Of a stretch of DNA of 57,020 nucleotides, positions 1 to 10,704 are shown in pieces (position 1 is the stretch's first letter; every line of letters starts with the position of its first letter). Made by a program: the position numbers and the translations under genes. Where the stretch lies: the sequence record SRR20825019_2329. One strand, written 5' to 3'. The notes under the pieces were generated by a model, which made no database searches, had not been told where the DNA came from, and saw only the letters and a program-made list of their open reading frames with translations.

Positions 1-939
<939 letters not shown>

Positions 940-974
940 TGCCTCCGAAAGCTTTAGAGCTTCGCGCGCTGTTT

Positions 975-1661
975 TTATACCGTCAGGTCTTGGGTATAGA
1001 ACTGCTCGTTTGAGAATATGGTGTTGAGGATGCGTTCTTCGGTCTGGGTCAAGATGTCATGGATGACCGTGCGGATACGGTTGGGTTCATCGCTTTTCAT
1101 TACCTCAATGGTCATGCCCTGTTGGTCAGCTGAATAAGGAAAGCGCTTTTGCGTTTTGAGATACAGCCAATAGATGCGCATGGCGGTGTCTTCAAGCTGC
1201 CTTGCCCAGTCAATCATCAGTGGGTAACCGGCGTTCTCACAGAAAATAAGGTTCAGTTCCTTGTTCTTCTTGAGGAGGTTGAGCGCTGCTTCGTCGTCTT
1301 TGATCGGCTGGAGTTCTTCTATTTCCTTGTTGATCCTTTTCATCTTCTCGAAATCCACATTGGCGGCTGTAAGCGCGAAGATGGCGGGTAACAGAACCTT
1401 GCGGAGTGTGAAGTTCTGCTTGATGTCAAGCAGTGTAAGCGGCGCGACCACCGTGACGCGGGGCGACACAGAGACCAAAAACTGTTTGGCGATCAAACGC
1501 TCAATCAGGTTGCGGGAGATGGTGCGGCTTATGCCAAACATGTCGCTGAAGATATTTTCAGACACCTTCTGACTCGGTGCCAGTTTCTGCGTCACAATTG
1601 CATCCATGATCAATTCGGACGCTTTGCGCGCATCACTATTCTGCAGATCTTCTCTTATCAT
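975..1661 (-). CDS. GntR (FadR/FCD-type) transcriptional regulator
   Basis: N-terminal wHTH (LAPSQKVSE...FGISRT); ATG at 1661 preferred over TTG at 1697; divergent from the TonB receptor operon. Confidence 0.85.
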   Translation of the reverse strand: MIREDLQNSDARKASELIMDAIVTQKLAPSQKVSENIFSDMFGISRTISRNLIERLIAKQFLVSVSPRVTVVAPLTLLDIKQNFTLRKVLLPAIFALTAANVDFEKMKRINKEIEELQPIKDDEAALNLLKKNKELNLIFCENAGYPLMIDWARQLEDTAMRIYWLYLKTQKRFPYSADQQGMTIEVMKSDEPNRIRTVIHDILTQTEERILNTIFSNEQFYTQDLTV

Positions 1662-1776
1662 CCCTTGCCCTTCTCGGTTCCACCTTGTCCACCCCAAATG
1701 GCCGCTGTCGGCGGCTTCTCATGGCATTATTAAACAGAATGCGTGACCTTTTCAACGCGACAATCTTAGAAAATAT

Positions 1777-1848
1777 CAATTAAAGCGGTTAAAATAATAA
1801 TTAAGGCTGCCAATTTATGCTTGATAAAGCAATTAAGGCGGTTATAGT
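1777..1848 (+). promoter_or_regulatory. Putative sigma70 promoter of the TonB receptor operon, with direct-repeat operator candidates
   Basis: TTGATA (1821-1826), 16 nt spacer, TATAGT (1843-1848); repeats CAATTAAAGCGGTTA (1777-1791) and CAATTAAGGCGGTTA (1830-1844). Confidence 0.55.
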
Positions 1849-1913
1849 CGAATCAAACAGAACAGGAATTGTCGGCGCGGGGAGCGCAACGTGGGAAATT
1901 CAGGGAGGTGAGG

Positions 1914-4166
1914 ATGCAAAAAAGCATTTTCCGAAATAATTCGTTATTGAATGCCGTATCCACCATCGGCATCGCTGCAGGTTTGAGTGGATTGAGCGCG
2001 GTAAGCGTGGCTGCTCAGGACACTGCAGAACAGTCTACCGAATTGGTGCTGGAAGAAATTATCGTGACCGCCGGCCGGCGGGAGCAAAGCCTGCAAGACG
2101 TGCCAGCGGCAGTATCTGCTATCAACCCAAGTGACTTTACCGTCAAGGGCCTCAAGCAGGTCGGTGAAATCCTCAATTATACGCCGGGTGTGGCTTATAC
2201 TGACATCGGCACCAAGGGCTTTGGCAATATCTCCGCCCGTGGTGTGCCGCAGTCTTCGTCTATTCCGGTGTTTGGTGTTTATCTTGATGACACGCCAATT
2301 TCTACCAACAGCACTTTCTCAGGTGGCAGCACAGTAATGTTTGATGCCATGCTGATGGATATCGAGCGTGTTGAAGTGATCAAAGGCCCGCAGGGCACGC
2401 TTTACGGTGCAACATCCGTGGGTGGTATGATGCGCTATATCTCTCGTGACCCAGCGATGGAAGAAATGCGGGTTACTGCCGGTGTCGACATCGCGACGAC
2501 AGACGGCGGCGAGATGAGCCAAGTGTATAACGGCCGCGTCAGTGTGCCACTTGTCAAAGACAAACTTGGTATCACTGTGTCGGGCTTCTGGCAGGATATT
2601 GGCGGTTATGTTGATCAGGTGAACCCGGCAACGGGGGCACTGGTCGAAAATGACGTCGACGGTTCCGAGAACCTTGGTTATGCAGCGGATCTCCTGTTCA
2701 CGCCGACAGAAGAGTTGAGTATCCGCCTCAAATACATGAAACAAGAAACGGACTACGGTATCGATAGCGGTGTCCAACTCGCTGGGCATACCACCTCGGA
2801 CACTTCGATGTTTGACGGCTATACGACCATTGCTGCACCGGGCGAAAACTACCTTGATTATGAAATCATGTCCGGCAGCATAAATTATGATTTTGATACA
2901 GTGACGCTGACTTCAACCACGAGCCGTGTGGAGTATACTTTCGGTGGATCGTCGGATTATACGTCGATCTACGGACCGGTAGTGGATTTCTATGCTGGCC
3001 GCGCCCCCGGGACTACGACCAGCGTTATTTTCGACCTGCTGGCGGGTTCGGAAAAGTTCGTGCAGGAAGTTCGACTGACCTCAGAACGTATGGGCAACTT
3101 CGAGTGGATCGCCGGTCTTTACTATTCGGAAGAAACGACGGCCAATGGCCAGGACCTTATCTCGACCCCAGCCTTTGACTTGCTGACTATTTCCTTCCCA
3201 TCTGAGTATAAGGAATACGCGGGCTTTGGTGACGTAACCTATTATTTCAACGAAAAGTTTGACGTTACTGCGGGCATGCGCCTTAGCAAGAACAAGACCA
3301 CGCTGTCGTATGTTTCGACCGGGCTTCTGTTGGGTGATGCCGTCTTTGAAAGCGATCCTATCAAAGATACAGTAGACACTTACCTCTTCTCGGCCCGCTA
3401 TCGTCCCACAGACAATCTTTCTCTCTATGCTCGGGTGGCAAGCGGATACCGTCCAGCGTCTGCCAACATTCCGATCCTCGACCCTGCAACGGGTGACAAC
3501 CTCGCGCCACCCATGATCGATCCGGATAACGTCTGGAGCTATGAAGTTGGCGCAAAGGGAGCAACTGATGGCAATGTTTTCTCTTATGACGTTGCCCTGT
3601 GGATGATTGACTGGGCCAATTTCCAGGCTTTCACTTCATTTAGCGGTGTGAACACAGGCGGTAACGCGGCTGGCGGGCTGAGTGCACATGGCTTCGAAGG
3701 CTCTTTCAACATTCGGCCGACGGATGCACTGAAGCTGACGACGAACGTGACCTATTCGCGCAGCAAGCTGAATGAGGATGAGCCAGGCATTGGCGGCGTG
3801 GAAGGGGAACAACTTCCCGATTTGCCGAAATGGAAAGGCTCGTTCCAGGCCGACTATATGTTCGACCTGACAGACAGCTGGAGCGGTAACGCAGGTTTTG
3901 GGGTGCGCTATACGGGCAAGTTTATATCGAGCTATAGTGCCTCTACCTCCACTTATCCGGTTCAAGTAGACGCTCGCACGCTGGTGGATGCAAGCCTGTC
4001 GTTTACGAATGATAATGTGACGATTGGGCTTTATGCCACGAACCTTTTCAATAAGCGTGCGCTTCAGGGTCGGTCGGATGTCATTGTTGGCGGCGGCTCG
4101 AGCGATAGCAGCGGCATCTTCGAGCGGCCGCGTACGATCGGTGCGAATATGAAGGTAGACTTCTAA
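1914..4166 (+). CDS. TonB-dependent receptor
   Basis: Signal peptide, TonB box LEEIIVTA, plug motif ERVEVIKGPQGTLYG, C-terminal Phe; GGGAGG RBS before ATG 1914. Confidence 0.95.
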   Translation: MQKSIFRNNSLLNAVSTIGIAAGLSGLSAVSVAAQDTAEQSTELVLEEIIVTAGRREQSLQDVPAAVSAINPSDFTVKGLKQVGEILNYTPGVAYTDIGTKGFGNISARGVPQSSSIPVFGVYLDDTPISTNSTFSGGSTVMFDAMLMDIERVEVIKGPQGTLYGATSVGGMMRYISRDPAMEEMRVTAGVDIATTDGGEMSQVYNGRVSVPLVKDKLGITVSGFWQDIGGYVDQVNPATGALVENDVDGSENLGYAADLLFTPTEELSIRLKYMKQETDYGIDSGVQLAGHTTSDTSMFDGYTTIAAPGENYLDYEIMSGSINYDFDTVTLTSTTSRVEYTFGGSSDYTSIYGPVVDFYAGRAPGTTTSVIFDLLAGSEKFVQEVRLTSERMGNFEWIAGLYYSEETTANGQDLISTPAFDLLTISFPSEYKEYAGFGDVTYYFNEKFDVTAGMRLSKNKTTLSYVSTGLLLGDAVFESDPIKDTVDTYLFSARYRPTDNLSLYARVASGYRPASANIPILDPATGDNLAPPMIDPDNVWSYEVGAKGATDGNVFSYDVALWMIDWANFQAFTSFSGVNTGGNAAGGLSAHGFEGSFNIRPTDALKLTTNVTYSRSKLNEDEPGIGGVEGEQLPDLPKWKGSFQADYMFDLTDSWSGNAGFGVRYTGKFISSYSASTSTYPVQVDARTLVDASLSFTNDNVTIGLYATNLFNKRALQGRSDVIVGGGSSDSSGIFERPRTIGANMKVDF

Positions 4167-4184
4167 CCTCTGCTCAGTGTGACT

Positions 4185-4225
4185 TCCGGGGTGTCTGGTT
4201 TGAGTAGTGGCACCCCGGATTTTTC
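4185..4225 (+). terminator. Stem-loop after TonB receptor (terminator or mRNA-stabilising hairpin)
   Basis: TCCGGGGTGTC...GGCACCCCGGA followed by TTTTT. Confidence 0.6.
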
Positions 4226-4336
4226 TGAACACAGAATGTTGAGGCAATGCGCAGGGGCTATGGCCCTTGCAGCAGGAAAGCTTAACCCGCATCCACTGAC
4301 GAAGGTGGCCGGGATTGGAATTTGGGGAGCATATTC

Positions 4337-5884
4337 ATGAAACTTGTTGGTCAACTTATCGCGGTTTGCGTCATTGGTTTTGGCGCCTTGTGCGGGGCGG
4401 CACAGGCCGAAAACTACGATCTTGTCATCAGTGGCGGCCGGGTAGTTGACCCGGAAACCGGTTTGGATGCCGTCCGTAACGTTGGCATCAAGGGCGGTAA
4501 GATAGCGGTGGTCAGCGAAGCGAGCCTAGACGGTGCGCGCACCATCGACGCCACAGGCCGTGTCGTAAGCCCAGGCTTCATTGATATGCATGCCCACGGA
4601 CAGGATATCCTGTCGGCACGCGTACAAGCGCTAGACGGCGTGACCACAGGTCTTGAACTTGAAGCAGGCATGCTGCCGATCAGCGACTATTATGACCGTG
4701 CAGGCAAAGAAGGCCGTCCCATCAATTATGGAGCTTCGGTAAACTGGGCCAACGCTCGTATCGCTACCTTTCTGGATATTGAGCCAAAGGACGATGTTGA
4801 GTGGTTTTTTGAAGCTTTCAAGAAAACCAACTGGCAGAAAGAAGTTGCTACACCAGACCAGCTTGAGAAAATAGCTGATTATGTGAAGCAAGGCCTTGAT
4901 CAGGGTGGCCTTGGTATTGGTATCCTTATTGGCTATGCGCCGGGCACCGGGCACAAAGAGTTCTTCGCCATGAACAAATTGGCGGCCGAACGTGGTGTGC
5001 CAACCTTTACTCACGCGCGGTATCTTTCGATGCTGGAGCCCAAAAGCTCCTTTGAAGGTATGGCTGAAGTCATTACAGCAGCAGCAGGGACGGGGGCGCA
5101 TACCCATATCGTACATCTCAATTCCATGAGCCTCAGGGACATTGAGCTGATTGCCCCTATGATCAAGACCGCACAGGCACAGGGCCTGAAGGTTACGGCC
5201 GAAGCTTACCCTTATGGCGCGGGCTCAACCGGTATTGGTGCAGCCATGTTCCGTGGTGACCGCTGGCGCGAACGCGTGGGCGGTGTGGATGCATCCAATT
5301 TTGACGTCGGCGGCAAGCGCCTGACGGAAGAAGAGCTGAAATATTACCAAACCGAAAAACCTGAAACACAGACAGTAATCCACTTCCTTGAACTGGATGA
5401 CCCCAAGGACCGGGCTTTCCTTGATATGTCTGTGTTGTTCCCGGGCGGTGTGATTGCATCGGACGGTGGCAATTGGTTGGTGGATGGCAAAATGATCGAG
5501 CAGCATACTTGGCCAGTGCCTGAGAACGCCTGGAGCCATCCGCGCTCTGCGGGCACCTTCTCCCGCTTCCTCGGCACCTATGTGCGGGAACGACAGGAAG
5601 TCAGTCTGCTGGACGCCATCTACAAGCTCAGCTACGGCCCGGCAAAAATCATGCAGGACGCAGTGCCGCAAATGAAGGGCAAGGGCCGGATTCAGAAAGG
5701 CGCGGACGCCGACATCGTCATCTTTGACCTTGTTACCGTAACCGACAAAGCAACCTACGCGAAGCCAGCGCAGGCGTCGGAAGGCTTTGATTATGTCATC
5801 GTCAACGGTGTTGTGCTGGTAGATGGTGGCGAACTTGATACCTCTGTCATGCCCGGCAAGGCCGTGCGCAACGAGGTACGTTAA
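4337..5884 (+). CDS. Exported amidohydrolase, N-acyl-D-amino-acid (D-glutamate) deacylase family
   Basis: Signal peptide; GGRVVDPETG, PGFIDMHAH, FTHAR, HIVH, ASD, HPRSAGTF, GADADIVIFD. Confidence 0.85.
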   Translation: MKLVGQLIAVCVIGFGALCGAAQAENYDLVISGGRVVDPETGLDAVRNVGIKGGKIAVVSEASLDGARTIDATGRVVSPGFIDMHAHGQDILSARVQALDGVTTGLELEAGMLPISDYYDRAGKEGRPINYGASVNWANARIATFLDIEPKDDVEWFFEAFKKTNWQKEVATPDQLEKIADYVKQGLDQGGLGIGILIGYAPGTGHKEFFAMNKLAAERGVPTFTHARYLSMLEPKSSFEGMAEVITAAAGTGAHTHIVHLNSMSLRDIELIAPMIKTAQAQGLKVTAEAYPYGAGSTGIGAAMFRGDRWRERVGGVDASNFDVGGKRLTEEELKYYQTEKPETQTVIHFLELDDPKDRAFLDMSVLFPGGVIASDGGNWLVDGKMIEQHTWPVPENAWSHPRSAGTFSRFLGTYVRERQEVSLLDAIYKLSYGPAKIMQDAVPQMKGKGRIQKGADADIVIFDLVTVTDKATYAKPAQASEGFDYVIVNGVVLVDGGELDTSVMPGKAVRNEVR

Positions 5885-5886
5885 GT

Positions 5887-6972
5887 ATGGAGTTTTTCCG
5901 TAAATATCTGCTGCCTGGTTTTGTGTTCCAAAGCGTCGTGATTGGCGGCGGGTATGCGACAGGACGTGAGCTCGTGGAGTTCTTCTTTTCAAGCGGACCC
6001 CTAGGTGGTGTGCTCGGGCTTCTCATATCCGGCCTTGTTTTTGGCCTTGTTCTGGCCGCTGGATTTGAGTTTGCCCGGGTCACCCAGGCGTATGACTACC
6101 GCCAGTTTTGCCAAGCACTTCTGGGGCGTGGGTGGGTGATATTTGAAGTGGCGTTTATTATACTTCTGCTTTTGATCCTTTCCGTCATCGGTTCTGCCGC
6201 TGGTGAACTAACGGCTGCCAGTTTTGGTTTACCGCCTGTTGTTGGAACCTTGGTGCTGATGGTACTGATTGCGTTGCTGACCTTCTCTGGCTCGGAAGCG
6301 ATCAAGAAGGTTTTGGCCGGGTGGTCGTTTCTTCTCTACTTTGTATATGCAGCGCTCATGTTGCTCGCATTCTCCAAGTTTGGGGACGTGATATCCGGTG
6401 TGTATAGCGCGACTGCCGTCGGCGATGGTTGGGTGAAAAGCGGCATTCTCTATTCAGGTTATAACCTCGCTGTTTTGCCAGCTGTGTTGTTCGCGGTAAG
6501 GGGACAAAGCAGCAGGCGGGAAGCCGTTGGTTCGGGGCTGATGGCCGGTGGGATTGCAGTCGTTCCTGCGGTTCTCTTCTTTGTGGCCATGATGGCTCTA
6601 TACCCTGAAATTGGTGCTGAGCCGGTGCCTGCAAGTGCGCTGATGATCGCACTGCAGATGCCGATCTTGAGCCTGCTGTTTCAGATTGTGGTGTTTGGTA
6701 CCTTTGTGGAAACCGGTACGGCACTGCTGCACGCCGTGAACGAACGGCTCGATGCTCGCTTAGGCGAGGCCGGACGCGAAATGCCGCAGTTTGCCCGCCC
6801 GCTTGTAGCGGTGGCGATCCTGACAGTGGCGATTATTGCAGGTACTTACTTTGGTATCATTGACCTGATCGCCAGTGGTTATGGCATCCTGACGCTCGTC
6901 TTCATTGCTGTACTTGTTGTGCCGCTCCTCACCATCGGTGTGTGGCGCTCGTTCAAAGTGGGAGAAGCGTGA
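5887..6972 (+). CDS. YkvI-family membrane protein (probable amino-acid/peptide transporter)
   Basis: VIGGGYATGRELVEFF motif; about 10 hydrophobic segments. Confidence 0.8.
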   Translation: MEFFRKYLLPGFVFQSVVIGGGYATGRELVEFFFSSGPLGGVLGLLISGLVFGLVLAAGFEFARVTQAYDYRQFCQALLGRGWVIFEVAFIILLLLILSVIGSAAGELTAASFGLPPVVGTLVLMVLIALLTFSGSEAIKKVLAGWSFLLYFVYAALMLLAFSKFGDVISGVYSATAVGDGWVKSGILYSGYNLAVLPAVLFAVRGQSSRREAVGSGLMAGGIAVVPAVLFFVAMMALYPEIGAEPVPASALMIALQMPILSLLFQIVVFGTFVETGTALLHAVNERLDARLGEAGREMPQFARPLVAVAILTVAIIAGTYFGIIDLIASGYGILTLVFIAVLVVPLLTIGVWRSFKVGEA

Positions 6973-8618
6973 TGTTGAAACGACTTATGAACCTTGTGGT
7001 GGTCTGTTGTTTCACCCTACCACTCTATGCGGCAGATGCAGAATATGACGTGGTTATTCGAAGTGGTCGTGTGCTGGACGGCGGAGGCAACCCATGGGTA
7101 CCCGCGGATGTGGCGATTAAGGACGGCGTGATCGTAAAGGTTGGTGATGTTGCGGGCCATGGTGTGCGCGAGATTGATGCGACCGGCAAATATGTAAGCC
7201 CGGGCTGGATCGATATGATGGACCAGTCTGGCGAAGCGCTTCGCAAGGTTGGACTGGCGCCCAACAAAATCAACATGGGCGTCACGACGCTTATTGGCGG
7301 GGAGGGTGGCACACCCGTTGAAGCAAAAGAAATTGACGCCTACTTCAGTGAGCTGGAAACAAAAGGTATCTCTGTCAACTTCGGCACCTATTATAGCGCT
7401 ACACAAGCGCGTGTGGCAGTGCTGGGTGACGGTAGCGATGATCCGACGCCAGCGCAGCTTGAGGAAATGAAAAAACTTGCGTCCATGGCGATGGACGCCG
7501 GCGCCATGGGCATCACAACAGCGCTCATTTATCCGCCATCAGCCTATCATAAAACAGAAAGCCTGATTGAACTCGCGCGTGTTGCTGGTGCAAGTGGCGG
7601 GCTGTATGCAAGCCATATTCGCGGTGAAAGTGCCGAATTTCTGGATGCAGTCAAGGAAGCGATCCGCATTGGAGAAGAAGGCGGTGCAGGTGTTGAGATT
7701 TTCCATCTGAAGGCAGCTTATTACCCCAATTGGGGTAAGGACATGAAAGCGGCGATTGAGCTGATTGACGCGGCACGTGCGCGTGGTGTGAATGTGGCGG
7801 CAGACCTATATCCTTATGTCGCTGGTGGCACAGGGCTTGAGGTCACAGCTCCCAACTGGGTGTATGCCGACGGTATTGAGAAGGCGCTTGAGCGTCTCCG
7901 GGACCCTGCTATTCGTTTGCAGCTCAAGGAAGAGATCAAGGCGGGACCGCGACCGGATTGGACCAACCTGGTTTATGTCTCCGGCGGTTGGAAAAATGTG
8001 GTGTTGGCCAACTCGCATCTTGAGGAGTATGCCCGTTTCCATAACAAGAATTTTCAGGAAATTGCTGCAGACCTGGGCCGCGACCCGGCTGATGTGGCGT
8101 GGGACATTATGCTGGCAGCATACCCGGAACGCCCGTTTGCGCTCTATTTTATGATGAGCGAAGACGATGTGCGCACCGCAATGAAAGCGCCTTGGACGAG
8201 TATTGGCAGCGATGCGGCCAGTGCACTCAAGGAAGGCGATTTCGACGCCCTCGGCCTGCCGCACCCTCGAAGCTATGGCACATTTCCACGCATCATTGCG
8301 CATTACGTGCGGGATGAGGGTGTGCTCAGCCTTGCAGACGCTATTCGCAAAATGACGTCTTGGCCTGCGGCTCGAATGGGGCTGAGCAATCGCGGCCTCA
8401 TCAAGGAAGGTTTGCAGGCAGATATTACGATCTTTGATTTGGACAAAATCGACGACACAGCGTCGTGGGATAACCCGACGGCTAAACCTCTAGGTATTGA
8501 TTATGTGCTCGTGAACGGTGGCATTGTTCTTGACGCCGGGCACCATACGGGTGCGACTCCAGGGAAGGTACTGCGTGGCCCCGGCTATAAGCAGGTAACC
8601 GCTGTAAATAAGGACTAG
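6972..8618 (+). CDS. Exported N-acyl-D-amino-acid deacylase (D-aminoacylase family)
   Basis: Signal peptide; GRVLDGGG, LIYPP, SHIRGE, IFHLK, YPY, GSD, HPRSYGTFPR; TGATG coupling to the upstream gene. Confidence 0.85.
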   Translation: MLKRLMNLVVVCCFTLPLYAADAEYDVVIRSGRVLDGGGNPWVPADVAIKDGVIVKVGDVAGHGVREIDATGKYVSPGWIDMMDQSGEALRKVGLAPNKINMGVTTLIGGEGGTPVEAKEIDAYFSELETKGISVNFGTYYSATQARVAVLGDGSDDPTPAQLEEMKKLASMAMDAGAMGITTALIYPPSAYHKTESLIELARVAGASGGLYASHIRGESAEFLDAVKEAIRIGEEGGAGVEIFHLKAAYYPNWGKDMKAAIELIDAARARGVNVAADLYPYVAGGTGLEVTAPNWVYADGIEKALERLRDPAIRLQLKEEIKAGPRPDWTNLVYVSGGWKNVVLANSHLEEYARFHNKNFQEIAADLGRDPADVAWDIMLAAYPERPFALYFMMSEDDVRTAMKAPWTSIGSDAASALKEGDFDALGLPHPRSYGTFPRIIAHYVRDEGVLSLADAIRKMTSWPAARMGLSNRGLIKEGLQADITIFDLDKIDDTASWDNPTAKPLGIDYVLVNGGIVLDAGHHTGATPGKVLRGPGYKQVTAVNKD

Positions 8619-8622
8619 GTGT

Positions 8623-9675
8623 ATGAAGACGATTGAGTTAAGGGCGCCCTATCTCATATTTTTGGGAAGCGAAACCAGGGTTACCTATGCCAAAACTGGC
8701 GCAGGTCTTGTTGAATGGCGGCGTGAGCTCTGCAAAGGGCAAATCTGCCTCCCTGGCGGTACTATTGATCTTGGGCTGCCCAAGCTGAGTATTCAGGAGG
8801 CCGTGGATGCTGGTATCCAGTCCTTGGTCATCGGCACAGCATCTGTAGGCGGAGGCATACCTGACGGTTGGCTGGAGTTGCTTGAAGAGGCGGTTCTCGC
8901 CGGGCTCGATATTGTCGCCGGTGTTCATTACCGTCTCAATGGCATTGAGCGCCTTCGTGTTGCGGCTTCGAAATCAGGCGCGCGCCTTGTGGACGTACGG
9001 GTGCCACCAGCAACCCTGCCTGTAGGCACAGGTCGCAAGCGCAGTGGAAAGCGTGTGCTGATGGTAGGTACCGACTGCGCCGTCGGAAAGAAATATACCG
9101 CCCTTCAGATGGAAAAGGACATGAAGCGATTGGGCATGAACGCGGATTTCCGTGCGTCTGGCCAGACCGGCATCATGATCGCCGGGCAGGGTATTCCGAT
9201 CGACTCCGTCGTATCTGACTTTGTTTCTGGTGCGGCTGAGTTGCTGTCTCCTGACAATTCTGACGACCACTGGGATGTGATCGAAGGGCAGGGCGGCATT
9301 TTCCACCCCGGTTTTTCTGCGGTGAGCATGGGGCTGCTGATTGGGTCGCAGCCGGATGTCTTTGTTGTATGCCACGAAGCGGGCCGCACCCACGTTGAAG
9401 GGTGGGGTGATTTTGAATTGCCAAGCATCGAAGAGGTTATTGAGCGGACAGTCGCGATTGGTTCGCTTACCAACCGGGAGATCGAGTGCGTTGGTGTCAG
9501 TGTGAACACGTCCTGCCTCAAGGCAGGCGAGCGCGAAGCCTATTTGGCCGAACTTACGACCCGACTAGGCCTCCCTTGTGTCGACCCCCTCCAGGAAGGC
9601 ACCGACAGCATCATTGCCCGTTTAAATGCTGTCATGGCTTCGCGCACCCCTAATTTGAAGAGTGTCTCAGCATGA
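8623..9675 (+). CDS. dgcN: DUF1611-family P-loop protein, D-glutamate N-acetyltransferase DgcN-like
   Basis: AKTGAGL, GTDCAVGKKYT, ASGQTG and IEGQG motifs; adjacent to the epimerase. Confidence 0.85.
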   Translation: MKTIELRAPYLIFLGSETRVTYAKTGAGLVEWRRELCKGQICLPGGTIDLGLPKLSIQEAVDAGIQSLVIGTASVGGGIPDGWLELLEEAVLAGLDIVAGVHYRLNGIERLRVAASKSGARLVDVRVPPATLPVGTGRKRSGKRVLMVGTDCAVGKKYTALQMEKDMKRLGMNADFRASGQTGIMIAGQGIPIDSVVSDFVSGAAELLSPDNSDDHWDVIEGQGGIFHPGFSAVSMGLLIGSQPDVFVVCHEAGRTHVEGWGDFELPSIEEVIERTVAIGSLTNREIECVGVSVNTSCLKAGEREAYLAELTTRLGLPCVDPLQEGTDSIIARLNAVMASRTPNLKSVSA

Positions 9676-10649
9676 AGATGAGTTTCGAGAAGGTATCCTT
9701 CCCCCTGAAGGCTCCTTTTGTGATTACCGGTTATACGTTCAATACGACTGATACGGTTCGCGTAACCCTTGAGGCTGATGGCGTTAAGGGGCACGGTGAG
9801 GGTGTCGGTGTTTATTATTTGAACGATACTGCCGACGTGATGTTGGAGCAACTGGCTGAGATAGCACCCAGGGTTGAGGCAGGGCTTGCTCACGACCAAG
9901 TGCAACAAATGCTACCTCCTGGCGGCGCCAGAAACGCACTTGATTGCGCGCTCTGGGATCTGGAATCCAAGCGATCCGGCATCAGCGTATGGGAAAGTCT
10001 CAAGATGACACCCAAAACGCTAAAAACCGTTTGCACGGTGGGGATCGGTTCAGCCGAACTAATGGCCGAAACCGCAGCTAGCTACGCCAAGTACCCTCAT
10101 CTCAAGATCAAGCTGGATGGTGATAATCCGATCGCTAAGCTTGAGGCCATTCGCGAAAAGCGCCCGGATGCAACCCTCATCATTGACGTTAACCAGGGTT
10201 GGACGTTTGAAGAGCTGAAAGAATATGCTCCAGCTTGCGAGAAGTTAGGCATTGCCATGATCGAACAGCCGCTGAAACGCGGCGGGGATGCAGCCCTTGA
10301 GGGCTACAAGTCACCTGTGCCGCTTGGCGGTGACGAAAGTTGCCTTGACGCCAGTGAATATGAGATTGCCGCAAGTCGTTATGACGTCATTAACATTAAG
10401 CTGGATAAATGCGGCGGGCTTACGGCGGGGCTTTTGCTCGCCAACCTCGCGCTGCGTGACGGCAAGGCACTGATGGTCGGGAACATGACGGGCTCGTCGC
10501 TTTCCATGGCACCTGCCTATGTTATCGGCCAGTTCTGTCATTTTGTTGATATCGACGGCCCGCTCCTGTTGGCGGACGACGTGGACAATGGCTTGTTTTA
10601 CGGCACCGGCGGGATCGTGGAGGTCCCGAACCGTGCGCTTTGGGGATAA
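9672..10649 (+). CDS. dgcA: Enolase-superfamily epimerase, N-acetyl-D-Glu racemase DgcA / L-Ala-D/L-Glu epimerase
   Basis: KIK, DVNQGW, EQP, DES, NIKLDKCGG and DIDG motifs; ATGA overlap with dgcN. Confidence 0.85.
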   Translation: MKMSFEKVSFPLKAPFVITGYTFNTTDTVRVTLEADGVKGHGEGVGVYYLNDTADVMLEQLAEIAPRVEAGLAHDQVQQMLPPGGARNALDCALWDLESKRSGISVWESLKMTPKTLKTVCTVGIGSAELMAETAASYAKYPHLKIKLDGDNPIAKLEAIREKRPDATLIIDVNQGWTFEELKEYAPACEKLGIAMIEQPLKRGGDAALEGYKSPVPLGGDESCLDASEYEIAASRYDVINIKLDKCGGLTAGLLLANLALRDGKALMVGNMTGSSLSMAPAYVIGQFCHFVDIDGPLLLADDVDNGLFYGTGGIVEVPNRALWG

Positions 10650-10704
10650 CGGTGAACAAACGGGGTGAGGCGAATATCTTACCAAAATCGTGGGAGTGAG
10701 GAAA

